This document shows positions 1-16,555 of a DNA stretch of 64,000 bases, piece after piece. Numbering within the stretch: position 1 is the first letter of the stretch; each line of letters opens with the position of its first letter. Source of the stretch: Chrysomallon squamiferum. Lineage: Eukaryota; Animalia; Mollusca. The stretch covers positions 19,654,001 through 19,718,000 of the forward strand of contig CM022677.1 in assembly GCA_012295275.1 (NCBI GenBank), read 5' to 3'. The notes below the pieces were generated by a model. The model saw only the letters and a program-made list of their open reading frames with translations. It searched no databases and was not told the DNA's origin. Position numbers and translations under genes: made by a program.

Positions 1-612
1 GTGTATATACAAATAAATATACATGTATTTAGCACTTTTTACTACAGGCAGATCATTTTGACCTGGTCGTTTTGAAAGTAGCTCTGAAGCTGAAAAAGTG
101 TAGGCACCCCTTGCAGTGCTGTGTATTTTACTTGTGTTACGAATGTAACATATGTTTTTTAGATGCAGCAGCTGTTGTCATTGTTGACTTTAAAATACAG
201 ATAAAACACACACGTCAGTCACGTAATCACACAGTTAGTGTTGATCGTCATTCCTCTATAACATTAACATCTCGTGTTGCCACCTCGAGAGTCATAATCA
301 GAGTGTATAATCAGACAGACAGACAGACAAAAAAAAAAACATACAACTAACGTGCTAACCACATCGAGGTGTTGCCAAACACGTCTACGACAGGCACGGT
401 CTCTGACAAATACAGGATGTGTCTGTCGCAGATATCTAATCGACTGCTGATTGATGAGTGAACTGCATCCAGTGTCAGTGCCAAACGGTAAATAGTTTAT
501 ATAGGCCTTGGTTTGTATCAGAATCTTTTCATGTGCACCATTAACTGACCCTTTCTTTTACAGAAACAGATTGTATATAGACAGACAGACAGACACATAG
601 ATAGATAGATAC

Positions 613-656
<44 letters not shown>

Positions 657-660
657 ATAA

Positions 661-691
<31 letters not shown>

Positions 692-752
692 TAGATCTAG
701 ATAGGTAGGTAGGTATATACACTAATATAGGATTCATCAGTTAAAAAGAAAG

Positions 753-965
753 GGAAACAAGGGGAGATAATAATGGTGAACCATGCATCTTTCTTAGTTA
801 CGGAGGTTAGGGTTAAGCCGCAGGTCAGTGTATTTGAAATATGTATCTCTAACACAGAAAAACTAAACGAGGCCATCAAAAGATTTTACTTCTAACTCAA
901 ACATCAGAGGAGCTGCTCGGTTTATGTCTTGTCTTGGAAGATGGTCGGTGTGTTACACTGATTTT
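753..965 (+). repeat. Shared intergenic module X (source of the recurring MVKHAS...VFH pseudo-ORF), ~15 copies
   Basis: gaaacaaggggagataataatggtgaa...gtgttccactgatt recurs at ~7125, 10015, 15517, 21225, 42900, 49387 (+) and ~26595, 29285, 32019, 33492, 41385, 50764, 55806, 60802 (-). Confidence 0.85.
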
Positions 966-1972
966 GACAAATTACAAAATATAAAGAAGAGTTCAGGACT
1001 GTGATTAATGATGCTTTTGAAGAAGATATCTTGCTTTTTTAAAGAATTTAGTAACAGTATTTGTTTTAATAAAGTTTGAAACAGCAGAGCAAAATAAATG
1101 AAATTCTGGGAATATCAGTTGCAAATACTTCGTTGTTTTTCAGGTTATCATCGTAAGTATGATATCATTTAATAATTGTTTTCTTTATAATGATAAAGTA
1201 TAATAGTGAGTTTTCCTTCCTGTGATAAACAGCTAGTCTCTGTGTAAATACATTTGTATGTCCGTACGTATGTATCAATGTGTGTATTTTTATGAGTATC
1301 TATGTGTTTAAATATATATATTTTTTTATTTATTTCCTTACTTACTTACTTTCTTGAACAAAACTCCTAAAACAATCGAAGTATTACGGAAGTTTTGGAC
1401 ACGTCAACAAAAATCTAACTGAGATTTTTTCAATTGGGTGTGTTGTTGTTGTTGTTGTTGTTGCTTTTTATTATCATTATTATTATTTTTTTCCTTATTT
1501 TTTCTTATACTATTTTGAATTATCAGTTCTAAACAATATCAGATTTCTCATTTATTTTCCTAGTAATTTTCTGCTCTTTTCAGTTACTTTTAATTGCAGT
1601 GAAGATAATTTCAACAGAATCTAGAAAATGATAATAAGAGAAAACGGCAAGCTGAACACTGCAGAGAACAAATATTTAATTTGAAATAACGTTTGATACA
1701 GTCTGTCTAGAAAACGTTTTGAGATATGTGAAAAATACTTTATCATTTTGCCTCTCTGTATGTAATTAAAAAATATATATAAAAAATCACTTTAAGTTTA
1801 AAAACTGACTGATTTTTGTTTTCATTTCCTGCCTTTTTGGGGCATCGCTTTCTTCTGGCCTTTTTTGTCTCTCATTTTTAATAAAATCTCGAAGAAAACA
1901 TAATTTACAAAAACGCTAATTGAAAATGTATCGGATATATGTAAAATACGTCATCTGGAAGACTGGGCCTAG

Positions 1973-1986
1973 GTATGACGTCATAC
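1973..1986. promoter_or_regulatory. Perfect 14-bp palindrome GTATGACGTCATAC containing a full CRE (TGACGTCA), ~0.8 kb upstream of the ATG
   Basis: Seen directly. Retained at ~16829, ~22438, ~25937, ~44164, ~54778 and ~59773, with one mismatch at ~10829. Confidence 0.45.
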
Positions 1987-2013
1987 TGCCTTGAAGCACT
2001 AACTCAACGGCTA

Positions 2014-2073
<60 letters not shown>

Positions 2074-2508
2074 GAAGGGATTCTAATGGAAAAAAAGTAA
2101 TAAATAGCATCCCAGCATATTGAAGGTATATGACGACTGAAGAAGGTAAAAAAAAAATGTAATAAAATGATAATGAAAAACATGAAAAACGAAGTATTTC
2201 CAGTTTATGTTTTCGGAATTTCATTTTTTTTCCTCTATTGTTTCAAGCTTTATTAAAATAAATACTCACAATAAATTCTCATTTTTTCCTTTAAACGCAC
2301 GATAACTCCATGATATTTTCACTAAAATTCTACCTAACCTAAAATAAAACGTAATTGATTATCTAATGAAGCAGAAAAAGAATAGGTAACAGTATCTGTT
2401 CACACCACCTAACAGGATGTAATAATAATCTGTTTACGCTCCAATATTTGTTTCCGATCCACACACATAAACACCCACAGATGAATGTAACATCTCTTAC
2501 TCACTCGT

Positions 2509-2797
2509 ACAGTTTCTATAATTAAAAACAGTTTCAACTTACAAACCACAGCTGAGCTTACACGTACATACAGACTTGTGACGTTAACTAATTGTCACCT
2601 TCTTGATTTCGTTTTGATGAGTAGTATAATATCTCTTTCTCACACATACAGATTTTATAATTAAAAACAGTTTTAAGTTACAAACAACAGCTGTGCTTAT
2701 ACGTACATACATACATGTGACGTTAATTGATTTTCACCTCTTTGATTTCGTTTTCAATAAAAAGGATCAGAAGGCTGTTTCTGCTAAAATAAAAATC
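2509..2797 (+). promoter_or_regulatory. Conserved proximal promoter of the lectin genes: two tandem homologous ~110 bp blocks (offset ~139) plus a TATA-like AATAAAAAGG
   Basis: Blocks acag..tataattaaaaacagttt..acagctg.gctta.acgtacatac..tgtgacgttaa..cacct..tgatttcgtttt at ~2509-2618 and ~2648-2757. The same sequence precedes every exon 1 (11694, 17691, 23250, 25112-, 37746, 45011, 48232-, 53963-, 58965-). Promoter function is inferred from position. Confidence 0.6.
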
Positions 2798-4751
<1,954 letters not shown>

Positions 4752-4941
4752 TTTGAAAATAAAATATTATATAATTCATTTATCTATTTTCTGTCTATGA
4801 ATACTACTACTACTAGTACTACTACTACTACTATACTACTGCTGTTGCTACTATTACTAAGAACAGCAATAGTAATAACAATAACAACAGCAAAACCAAA
4901 AGCAAGACCAGCAGCAACAATAACAACAGCTCCCGCAACAG

Positions 4942-5218
<277 letters not shown>

Positions 5219-5221
5219 CAC

Positions 5222-5316
5222 CTTTGCCTCAGCCCACGTAGCTGTCACTCCTTTACGGGAAAACCAGTAGCAACTTTTGCCATAACGAATAAAACCAGAT
5301 TGGCATCTTCCAGCAT
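5222..5316 (-). pseudogene. Orphan inverted lectin exon 2 with intact AG/GT splice sites
   Basis: The reverse complement is a 95-nt exon nearly identical to 3314-3408, flanked by ttgattaag and GTGAGT. No exon 1 lies nearby on the minus strand. Confidence 0.9.
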
Positions 5317-5860
5317 CTTAATCAAAAAAAAAAAATATTGTGTCAAATATCTATTCACACAATACTATGTAAAATGATATGGACTTACTGTTATAAATGT
5401 AACACGATATTTTATTTATTTCATTTATTTTTCGCTGCTGCCCATGTTGTAGTAATATTAACTTGTAGTTGTTAGATGCAGCTGTTGTAGGATATAATTG
5501 TCATTCTTGATTTTAAAATATAGATTAAAAATGCTACAAAAGCAAACACACACTTACACTCACATATACACACGAACCCATATGCACACAGTCACTCACT
5601 CACAGACACACGCACGTGTGCCAACAAGCATACATTTAGAGGAAAAATAACAAATACACATTCACATACACACTAACAAATAGACACACACACACATTTA
5701 TACATAAAAAAATACAGTTTCACCCCGTTACACAAAACAAAAACACTTTAATACACACATACACACTCGCACACATATACAGACATAAACAAATACACTC
5801 TCCAACAGACCCCAAATAAATAAATATATAAATAAATTAATTAATAAATAAACAGAATGA

Positions 5861-5895
<35 letters not shown>

Positions 5896-5954
5896 TATTG
5901 CCTTTCCAATATCAAGAGAATTTTATTTTTGCTATACATTTACCTTACATCCAC

Positions 5955-6258
5955 TGCCCAAAACATATTTAACTACAACCACGAACGTGCTAAAACTGCA
6001 AGGCAAGGTCGGAAACCTTTTCATGGCCATGTCTGGGAGAATGATTCCGATGAGAGAATTTCAAATGTTGTAGAAGAGGCAATAACTGATCATTTGCGCC
6101 TCTAGATTTCCACACAATTCATGAAGCACTGCTGTACTAAACGAAAGCAGACAACAGTTGATACAACGGAGCGAGAAGAAACTGAAGATAGCGAGAATGA
6201 GGAGCTGCTGCATGTTGAATTTCTGAAAAATACACGTGTCAGTACTAAAACGAGATAA
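5955..6258 (+). other. Degenerate coding-like fragment of unknown origin (second copy ~14455-14748)
   Basis: Reads ..ENDSDERISNVVEEAITDHLRL*ISTQFMKHCCTKRKQTTVDTTEREETEDSENEELLHVEFLKNTRVSTKTR*. It has higher complexity than its surroundings, and I do not recognise the family. Confidence 0.35.
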
Positions 6259-6269
6259 AAGTGAGCCAT

Positions 6270-6716
6270 AATTTTACAGAAACGTCAGATGAGCCTTTGT
6301 TTTACAGAAACATCAGGTGAGCCTTTGTTTTACAGAAATAACAGGTGAGCCTTTCTTTTACAGAAACATCACGTGAGCCTTTCTTTCACAGAAACATCAT
6401 GTGAGCCTTTGTATTACAGAAACACCACGCCAGCCTTTCTTTTACAGACACATCACGTGAAACTTTCTTTCACAGACACGTTACGTGAACCTTTCCTTAA
6501 CAGAAACATAACGTGAAACTTTGTTTTACAGAAACATCACGTGAGCGTTTGTTTCACAGAAATATCACGTGAGCCTTTCTTTTGCAGCAACCATGTGACA
6601 TATTATTTTACAGAAACATAGTGAGCCTTTCTTTTTAAATCAAGTGAGCCTTTCTTTCACAGAAACATCCCTTGAGCCTCTCTTTTACAGAAACATCACG
6701 TGAGCCTTTCTTTTGC
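6270..6716 (+). repeat. Minisatellite, 28-bp unit GTGAGCCTTT(G/C)TTTTACAGAAACATCAC containing E-box CACGTG
   Basis: Tandem units seen directly. Other arrays (28-bp, or the 22-bp variant GTGAGCCTTTCTTTTAAATCAC) lie at ~9640-9744, 14750-15040, 20485-20764, 42415-42670, 48880-49181 (+) and ~27209-27405, 29870-30132, 34204-34598, 41730-41870, 46837-47160, 51250-51400, 56292-56445, 61200-61270 (-). Confidence 0.95.
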
Positions 6717-7669
6717 AGCAACCATGTCACATATTGGAATCAGATAGCTAGATAGATATATACATACATACAAACATACACTACTACAGGACACCTTGAC
6801 GTGTTATAGGAAATGATCAGTTAAATCTGTTGTAAAATGTTACGTCTGGGCAGCAGTGAAACAAAGGGAGATAATAATGGTGTGACGTGCATCTTACCTC
6901 GTTAAGGTGGTTAGAGTTATGCCGCAGGTCAGAGTATTCTCTGTCTCTCTCATTCACACACGCACACACAGACACACGCACACACAAACACACGCACACA
7001 TACAAACAAACATACATTTACATCAAACAGTAACATATACACATTCACCTGCACACTAACAAACATACACACACATAAACACACAAACACAGTCTCACCC
7101 CGTTTCACAAAACAAAAACCCAAGGGGAGACAATAATGGTGAATCATGCATCTTTCTTAGTTACGGAGGTTAGGATTATGCCGCAGGTCAGTGTATTTGA
7201 AATGTGTATCTCTAACACAGAAAAACTAAACGAGGCCATCAAAAGATTTTACTTCTGCCTCAAACATCAGAGGAGCTGCTCGATTTGTGTCTTGTCTTGG
7301 AAGATGGTCGATGTGTTCCACTGATTCTGGCGAATCATAAAATATAATGAAGAGTTTTAATATTTAATTTGAAATAACGTTTGATACAGCCTGCCTAGAA
7401 AACGTTTTCAGACACACGAAAAATACTTTATCAGTTCTTCTCTCTGTATATTATTACTGTAAAACAATTCATTGTAAATTTAAAAACTGACTGATTTTTG
7501 TTTTCCTCTCTTGCCTTTTTGGGGCGGTGCTTTCTTCTGGTCCTTTTTGTCTCTCATTTATAATAAAATCGTGAAGAAAGCATTATTGACAAAAACGCTA
7601 ATAGAAAATGTGTACGTGAGTGTCTTTAATATAAAATTTGAGACACAACATTTTTTTGTTTTGATTAAG

Positions 7670-8222
7670 ATGCCGGAAGATGTCAAACTGGTGTCTCTCT
7701 CTCTGACTCTCTCTATCTGTGTCTCTGTCTCTCTCTCTCTCTCTGAGTCTCTCTCTGTTTGTCTCTGTCTCTCTGTTTATCTCTGTCTCTCTATCTGTCT
7801 CTCTGTCTCTATCTCTCTGTCTGTCTCTCTCTCACTGTCTCTCTCTCTCTCTCAGTCTCGTCCTCTCTTTTCTTTCTCGATTTCGTATATATATATATAT
7901 ATACGTATGTGCTTCTTGTTATGGTGTTGATGATGATGATGATGATGATGATATAGATGGTGATGATAGAATATTATTATTATTGTTGTTGTTGTTGTTG
8001 TTGTTGTCGTCGTCGTCGTCATTGTTATTTTTCTCAGAACTACTGTGAAAGCATAAACACTTATCTGGCTGTCATCACTTCTGCCAAAGAAGAAGAATAT
8101 CTTCGTAACCATGTTACTGTTTGCATTTATATCGCGGGTATGGTTACAAATGGAACGATGACCAGTGTTGGTACATGTGGGGATTCATATGTGAACAAAA
8201 AGCGAACGTCTGTGAAGATTAA
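7670..8222 (+). pseudogene. Internally deleted lectin pseudogene P1: exon-2 stub plus exon 3 fused out of frame to the 3' part of exon 4
   Basis: Exon 2 stops after ~22 nt (ATGCCGGAAGATGTCAAACTGG) and runs into CT repeat. Exon 3 from 8038 (NYCESINTYLAVITSAKEEEYLRNHV) joins directly to CLHLYRGYGYKWNDDQCWYMWGFICEQKANVCED* in another frame. Exon 1 is absent. Confidence 0.9.
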
Positions 8223-8244
8223 TTTGAAAATAAAATATTATATA

Positions 8245-9320
<1,076 letters not shown>

Positions 9321-9744
9321 TCAGATGCACACAGTCACTCACTCACACATTCACGCACGCACAAACACACGCACACAAACCAACAAGCATACATTTGCAG
9401 CAAACATTAACAAATACAGATTCATTTGCTCCCTAACACACGTATATACACATATACACACAGTCTCACCCCGTTTCACAAAGAAAAACAAACACATACT
9501 GAAATACACACTTGCACAGACATAAACAAATCCACTCTCCAAATAAATAAATAAAAAAATTAAAAAAAAATTACGTTTGTAAATATCATGAGAACTTAAT
9601 TTTTGCTATAAATGCACCTCACATCCAGAAATATTACTTGACCCTTTCTTTTAAATCACGTGAGCCTTTCTTTTACATAACGTGAACCTTTCTTTTAAAT
9701 CACGTGAGCCTTTCTTTTAAATCACGTGAGCATTTCTTTTGCAG

Positions 9745-9809
9745 ATGAACGATGGTGAATGCAATTGGGATTCATATGTGAACAAAAAGCGAACATTTGT
9801 GAAGATTAA
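9745..9809 (+). pseudogene. Captured 65-nt copy of the exon-4 3' end at the end of the minisatellite (this copy has an internal TGA)
   Basis: cttttgcag|ATGAACGATGGTGAATGCAATTGGGATTCATATGTGAACAAAAAGCGAACATTTGTGAAGATTAA. The empty site cttttgcag-caaccatgt is seen at ~6717 and ~15040. Confidence 0.85.
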
Positions 9810-10869
9810 TTTGAAAATAAGCAACCATGTGACATACTGGCATCAGATAGATGAATATAGATAGATAAACAGATAGATGAAGATATAATATATATAAATA
9901 TAGACACAGATATATCTAGATAGGTATGTAGATATATACAGTACTATAGGATACGTTAACGTTATAGGAAATGATCAGTTAAAACTGTTGAAAAATGTTA
10001 CGTCTGGGCTGCAGGGAAACAAGGGGAGACAACAATGGTGAAGCATGCATCTTTCTTAGTTAAGGTGGTTAGGGTTATGCCGCAGGTCAGTGTATTTGAA
10101 ATGTGCACCTCTAACACAGAAAAAGTAAAGTAGGTCATAAAAAGCTTTTTCTTCTGCCTGACTTACTTACTTACTTAATCAAAACTCCTAAAACAATCGA
10201 TGTATTCCAGAAGTTCGCACTTTTCCGGAAGTGTTGGACACGTCAACAAAAATATAACTCAGATTTTTTCAACTGGGGGTATTGTTTTTGTTGTTGTTAT
10301 TGTTACTGTTGCTTTTTATTATCATTATTATTATTTCTTCTTTGTTTTTAATATTTTTTCTTTTAAGATTTTGAATTATCAATTCTGAAAAATATCAGAT
10401 TCCTCATTTATTTTACTAGTAATTTTTTGCTCTTTTCAGTTACTTTTAATTGCAGTGAAGATAATTTCACTAGAATCTAGAAAATGATAATAAGAGAAAA
10501 CGGCAAGCTGAACACTGCATAGAACAAATATTTAATTTCAAATAACGTTTGATACAGTCTGTCTAGAAAACGTTTTGAGATACGTGAAAAATACTTTATC
10601 ATTTTGCCTGTCTGTACGTAATTAAAAAATATATATAAAAAATCACTTTAAGTTTAAAAACTGACTGATTTTTGTTTTCTTTTCTTGCCTTTTTGGGGCG
10701 ATGCTTTCTTCTGGCCTTTTTTGTCTCTCATTTTTAATAAAATCTTGAAGAAAACATAATTTACAAAAACGCTAATTGAAACTGTATCGGATATATGTAA
10801 AATACGTCATCTGGAAGACGAGGTCTAGGTATGACGTCATGCTGCCTTGAAGCACTAACTCTACGGCTA

Positions 10870-10920
<51 letters not shown>

Positions 10921-11693
10921 GAAGTGATTCTACTGGAAAAAAAGTAATAAATAGCATCCGAGAATATTGAAGGTATATGACGACTGATGTAAGAGTACGA
11001 GAGAAAAACAATTGTAATAAAATGATAATATATTTACTATGATAATATGAAAAAAAACGAAGTATTTCCAGTTTATGTTCTCGGAATTTCATTTCTTTTG
11101 CTCTATTGTTTCAAGCTTTATTAAAATAAATACTCACAATAAATTCTCATTTTTTCCTTTAAACGCACGATAACTCCATGAAATTTTCACTAAAATTCTA
11201 CCGAACGTAAAGTTAGACGTAATTAACTATATATAAATATAATTCTAAACATTTAATCTACTGAAGCAGAAAAAGAATAAGTAACAGTATCTGTTCACAC
11301 CACCAAACAGGATATAATTATAATCTGTTTACGCTCCAATATTTGTTTCCGATCCACACACATAAACACCCACAGATGAATGTAACATCTCTTACTCACT
11401 CGAACAGTTTCTATAATTAAAAACAGTTTCAACTTACAAACCACAGCTGTGCTTACACGTACATACATACATGTGATGATAATTAATTGTCACCTTCTTC
11501 ATTTCGTTTTGATGAGTAGTATAATATCTCTTTGTGACAAATACAGATTCTATAATTAAAAACAGTTTTAAGTTACAAACAACAGCTGTGCTTATACGTA
11601 CATACATACATGTGACGTTAATTAATTTTCACCTTTTTGATTTCGGTTTTCAATAAAAAGGATCAGAAGGCTGTTTCTGCTAAAATATAAATC

Positions 11694-12135
11694 GTGAAAA
11701 CGTTCGTTTTTATTCTTGTCTTCATTTTTTCCAGTTTTGTAGTGTGCAGGTAAATTTATTTTTACTTTTTGAAAGGATCTATATTTTATAATAGAAGTAG
11801 TGGTAGTAGTTGTAGCCATACCGTCTGTAAAAGTAGTATTAGTAATAGTATCAGTATGGTAGTCGGTGCAGTAGTATAAATAGAATTGGTATTAATATCA
11901 CTTTCTCTTTGTGTATTTGTTTTATTTTTCATTATTTATATATATATAAGTGTGTGTTAGTGTCTGTGTTGGCGCGTGTGTATGTGAGTGCGTTTAATAC
12001 AAATTTTGAGAGAAATCTTTATATTTTTACTAAGATGCCGGAATCTGCCAACCTGGTTTTATTCCTTATGGAAACAGAAGTTGCTACTGGTTTTCCCGTA
12101 GATCAGTGACAGCTTCGTGGATTGACGCAAAGATG

Positions 12136-12200
<65 letters not shown>

Positions 12201-12452
12201 TTCGTATATACATATGGGAAAATATATATTTAAGTTAATAAAAATGCATGTATTTTTATATTAACGTTTTTGAATAATAAATGCAATGAGTACTGTTTTC
12301 TTTTTTAATAACTCTGTACCTGCTCTCTCTCTCTCTTGCTCTCTTTCTCATTCTCTCTGTCTCTCTTTCTCTCTTTCTCATTCTCTCTCTCTCGCTCTCT
12401 TTCTCATTCTCTCTGTCTCTCTTTCTCTCTTTCTCATTCTATCTCTCTCTTT

Positions 12453-12520
<68 letters not shown>

Positions 12521-13223
12521 TTCATATAATAATAATAATAATATATGTATGCTTCTAGTGATGGAGTTGTTGATGATTATGATGATTAAAATTATTATTA
12601 GTAGTAGTAGTAGTGGTAGTAGAACTAGTAGTAGTATTACTATAGTCTACGTCGTCGTCGTTGTTGTTCCTCAGAACTACTGTGAAAGCATGAACTCTTA
12701 TCTTTCTGTCATCACTTCTGACAAAGAATACGAATATCTTCGTAACCATGTTGTGAAACAGTCAGAAAGTAAGTCTGAATTTTATAATTACATAATTAAA
12801 TAAAAACGTGAAAAAATAAATAAGAAGATCTGTAGAACACACACACATACGCACACACGCACACACACACACACACACACGTACATATACACACCCACAC
12901 ACACATACACTAGTATATTAATTTAAAGTAATAGCCAAGAACGAAACAAAACTGAAATTTTCGCAATTTATTTAACAGTGGGTGTTTAGTGGGTCGGGTC
13001 TAGTGATATGCAAGTTGAAGGTCGTTTCCAGTGGAAACGGAATGGCCATAAATCAGAAGATCTAAGTTATACAAACTGGGATTCGGGCCAACCCAATAAT
13101 TCAGGAGGAGGAGAGAACTGTTTGCAGTTGAGGGGCGCATTCAGTTACAGATGGAATGATGAACCATGTTCGTTGAAGAGGGGATTCATATGTGAACAAA
13201 AAGCGAACGTCTGTAGAGATTAA
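11694..13223 (+). pseudogene. C-type lectin pseudogene, copy B (QPN type)
   Basis: Exon 1 11694-11749 has ATG>GTG, is 56 nt (frameshift) and has CAG>TAG. Exon 2 12035-12132 (DAGICQPGFIPYGNRSCYWFSRRSVTASWIDAK) has an AT donor. Exon 3 is 12675-12768. Exon 4 12979-13223 has TAG at 12987. Confidence 0.92.
12215..12322. mobile_element. Remnant of the same MITE found at 36900-37084, in intron 2 of copy B
   Basis: ttaataaaaatgcatgtattttta..tgaataataaatgcaatgagt.ctg..ttttcttttt matches the reverse complement of ~36920-37010, at the equivalent intron position. Confidence 0.7.
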
Positions 13224-13553
13224 TTTGAAAATAAAATATCATTTATCTTATTTCTTTGTGTGAAATAATAATGATAATGTCTTTGAGAACCCTAGTAATA
13301 GACCATAGAGTATTCTTCGACCTATGAATGTGTGGGGTTTTTTTCTTAGTCTCTAAGAGCAATCTGTCCATAGGAGTTTAAACACATCCACGATGAGAGG
13401 CTCTCTGGTTTTTGTTCCATTGTGGAACACTGTCTGGAATGGGAAATAACTATATATATTTTTTTTTTCATTTATTTTTTTTTAAACAACTTTGCTGTTA
13501 TTAAAGAGCTATTTATTTAATAAAACTATCTCGCTATTCTATGTCCAAGTCCT

Positions 13554-13665
<112 letters not shown>

Positions 13666-13706
13666 TTCTCTTTCTCTCTCTATCTCTCTCTCTCTTTCTC
13701 ACTCAT

Positions 13707-13737
<31 letters not shown>

Positions 13738-13758
13738 TCACAAATTGTATATACTTAC

Positions 13759-13847
<89 letters not shown>

Positions 13848-16224
13848 ATTAAATATATCTTCACACAGAACTATGTAATATGATATGGCGTTACTCTGTT
13901 ATGAATGTAACACATGTTTTATCTATGTCGCTGCTGCCCACGTAGGAGAATATTTGTTTTCGAAGTAATATGAACTTGTAGTTGTTAGATGCAGCTGGTG
14001 TGAGATATATTTGTCATTCTTGATTTTAAAATATAGATTAGAAACATACAAAAGCAAACAAACCGTTACACCAACATAATACACACACTCATATACACAC
14101 GAAAGCACAAACACACGCACACATATCAAGAAACATACATTTACACCAAACATTAACAAGTATGCATTCAATGCGCACTGAGAAACATACACACACAAGC
14201 ACTCAAACATACACTGAAATACATAGATACAGGGCCAACACTTTCAAATATTAACAAACATAAACAAATACACTCTTCAACAAACCCCAAATAAACAAAG
14301 AAACAAACACAGAAATAGATAAATAAATAAACAAATAAACAAATAAATTAATAAATTTAATGAAAAAAAAACAAAAACAAAATACCTTTGTAAATATCAT
14401 GAGAACTTTATTTTTGCTATAAATGCACCTAACAGCCACTGTGCAAACATACTAAACTACAACCACGAACTCCCAGACAGTCTACTCTGTAGTCCTGCGT
14501 CTAGACACTGCTGCTTTAACAATTGCTGCACCTGCAACGTCGAAAATGATTCGGATGAAAGAATTTCAAATGTTGTAGAAAAAGAGAACAACTACATTTC
14601 CACACAATTCATGGAGCACTGCTGTATTAAACGAAAGGAGACAACAGTTGATACAACGGAGCGAGAAGAAACTGAAGATAGCGAGAATGAGGAGCTGCTA
14701 CATGTTGAATTTCTGAAAATTACACGTGTCAGTACTAAAACGAGATAAAAGTGAGCTTTTCATTTAGAGAAACATCATATGAGCCTTTGTTTTAAAGAAA
14801 CATCACGTGAGCCTTTGTTTTACAGAATGATCACGTGAGCCTTTGTTTTACAGAATGATCACGTGAGCCTTTGTTTTACAGAATGATCACGTGACCCTTT
14901 TTTTCACAGAAACATCACATGAGCCTTTCTTTTACACATAGTGTGAGCCTTTCTTTTTACATCGAGTGAGCCTTTCTTTCACAGAAACATCCCTTGAGCC
15001 TCTCTTTTACAGAAACATCACGAGAGCCTTTCTTTTGCAGCAACCATGTGACATATTGGCATCAGATAGATAGATATATATAGACAGATAGATAGATAGA
15101 TAGAGAGAGAGAGATAGATACATACATACATACATACATACATACATACATACATACATACATACTTACATACATACATACATACAGTGTACTACAGGAT
15201 ACCTTGACATGTTATAGAAAATGATCAGTCAAAACTGTTGTAAAACCGTACATCTGGGCAGCAGTGAAACAAAGGGAGATAATAATGGTGAAATGTGCAT
15301 CTTTCTTTGTTAAGGTGGTTAGGGTTATGCCGCAGGTTAGTGTATTCTCTGTCTCTCTCATTCACACACGCACACACAAACACACGCACACAGACAAACA
15401 AACATACATTTACATCAAACAGTAACATATACACATTCACCTGCACACTAACAAACATACACACACATAAACACACAAACACAGTCTCAGCCCGTCTCAC
15501 AAAACAAAACCACAGGGAAACAAGGGGAGATAATAATGGTGAAATATGAATCTTTCTTAGTTACTGTGGTTAGAGTTAAGCCGCAGGTCAGTGTATTTGA
15601 AATATGTATCTCTAACACAGAAAAACTAAACGAGGCCATCAAAAGCTTTTACTTCTGCCCCAAACATCAGAGGAGCTGCTCGGTTTATGTCTTGTCTTGG
15701 AAGATGGTCGGTGTGTTCCACTGATTCTGGCGAATGATAAAATATAATGAAGAGTTCAGGACTGTGATTAATGATGCTTTTGAAGACAATTTCTTGTTCT
15801 TTAAGAATTTAGTAACAGTATTTATTTTAATAAAGTTTGAAGCAACAGAGTAAATAAATGACATTCTGGGAGCATCAATTGCAATTACTTCGTTGTATTT
15901 CAGGTTATCATCGTAGGTATGGTATCATTTTATGACTGTTTTCTTTATAATGATAAAGTATAATAAAGAGTTTTCCGTCATAAATCTGTGATAAACAGAT
16001 AGTCTCTGTGTATGTACGTATGTATCTCCGTACGTATGTATCAATGTGTGTATTTTTAGTTGTATCTATGTGTTTAAATGTATATAGATTTTTATTTATT
16101 TCTTTACTTACTTACTTTCTTAAACAAAACTCTTAAAACAATCGAAGTATTCCGGAAGTTCGCACTTTTTCGGAAGTGTTGGACACGTCAGCAAAAATAT
16201 AACTGCGATTTTTTCAATTAGGGG

Positions 16225-16256
<32 letters not shown>

Positions 16257-16494
16257 TTGTTATTGTTCCTTTTTATTATCATTATTATTACTTCTTGTTT
16301 TTCTTCTCTTTTTTTTCCTTATACGATTTTGAATTATCAGTTCTGAACAATATCAGATTTCTCATTTATTTTCCTAATAATTTTCTACTCTTTTCAGTTC
16401 CTTTTAATTGCAGTGAAGATAATTTCACTAGAATCTAGCAACTGACAATAAGAGACAACGGCAAGCTGAACGCTGCATAGAACAAATATTTAAT

Positions 16495-16555
16495 GGAAAT
16501 GGAAATGGAAAAAAATTAACGTGCTAATCAGAGCAAGCTGTTGTGAAGCACGTCT
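16495..16555. mobile_element. ~60 bp insertion with a (GGAAAT)n end, probably a truncated SINE-like element
   Basis: Absent from paralogous sites (aatatttaat-ttgaaataacg at ~1671, 22156, 43862). The core ttaacgtgctaatcagagcaagctgttgtgaagcacgtc resembles 347-387. Confidence 0.5.

Noticed and set aside
1916-2224. Recurrent antisense ORF MKFR(E/K)HKLEILRF... in the promoter region
   Set aside because: The frame shifts between paralogs and runs through an (ATT)n tract; there is no recognisable domain.
7511-7930. Recurrent ORF MPFWGGAFFWS... (also 28682, 31386, 33108)
   Set aside because: It is a fusion of upstream spacer, intron 1, an out-of-frame exon-2 stub and CT repeat. It recurs only because the segment was duplicated.
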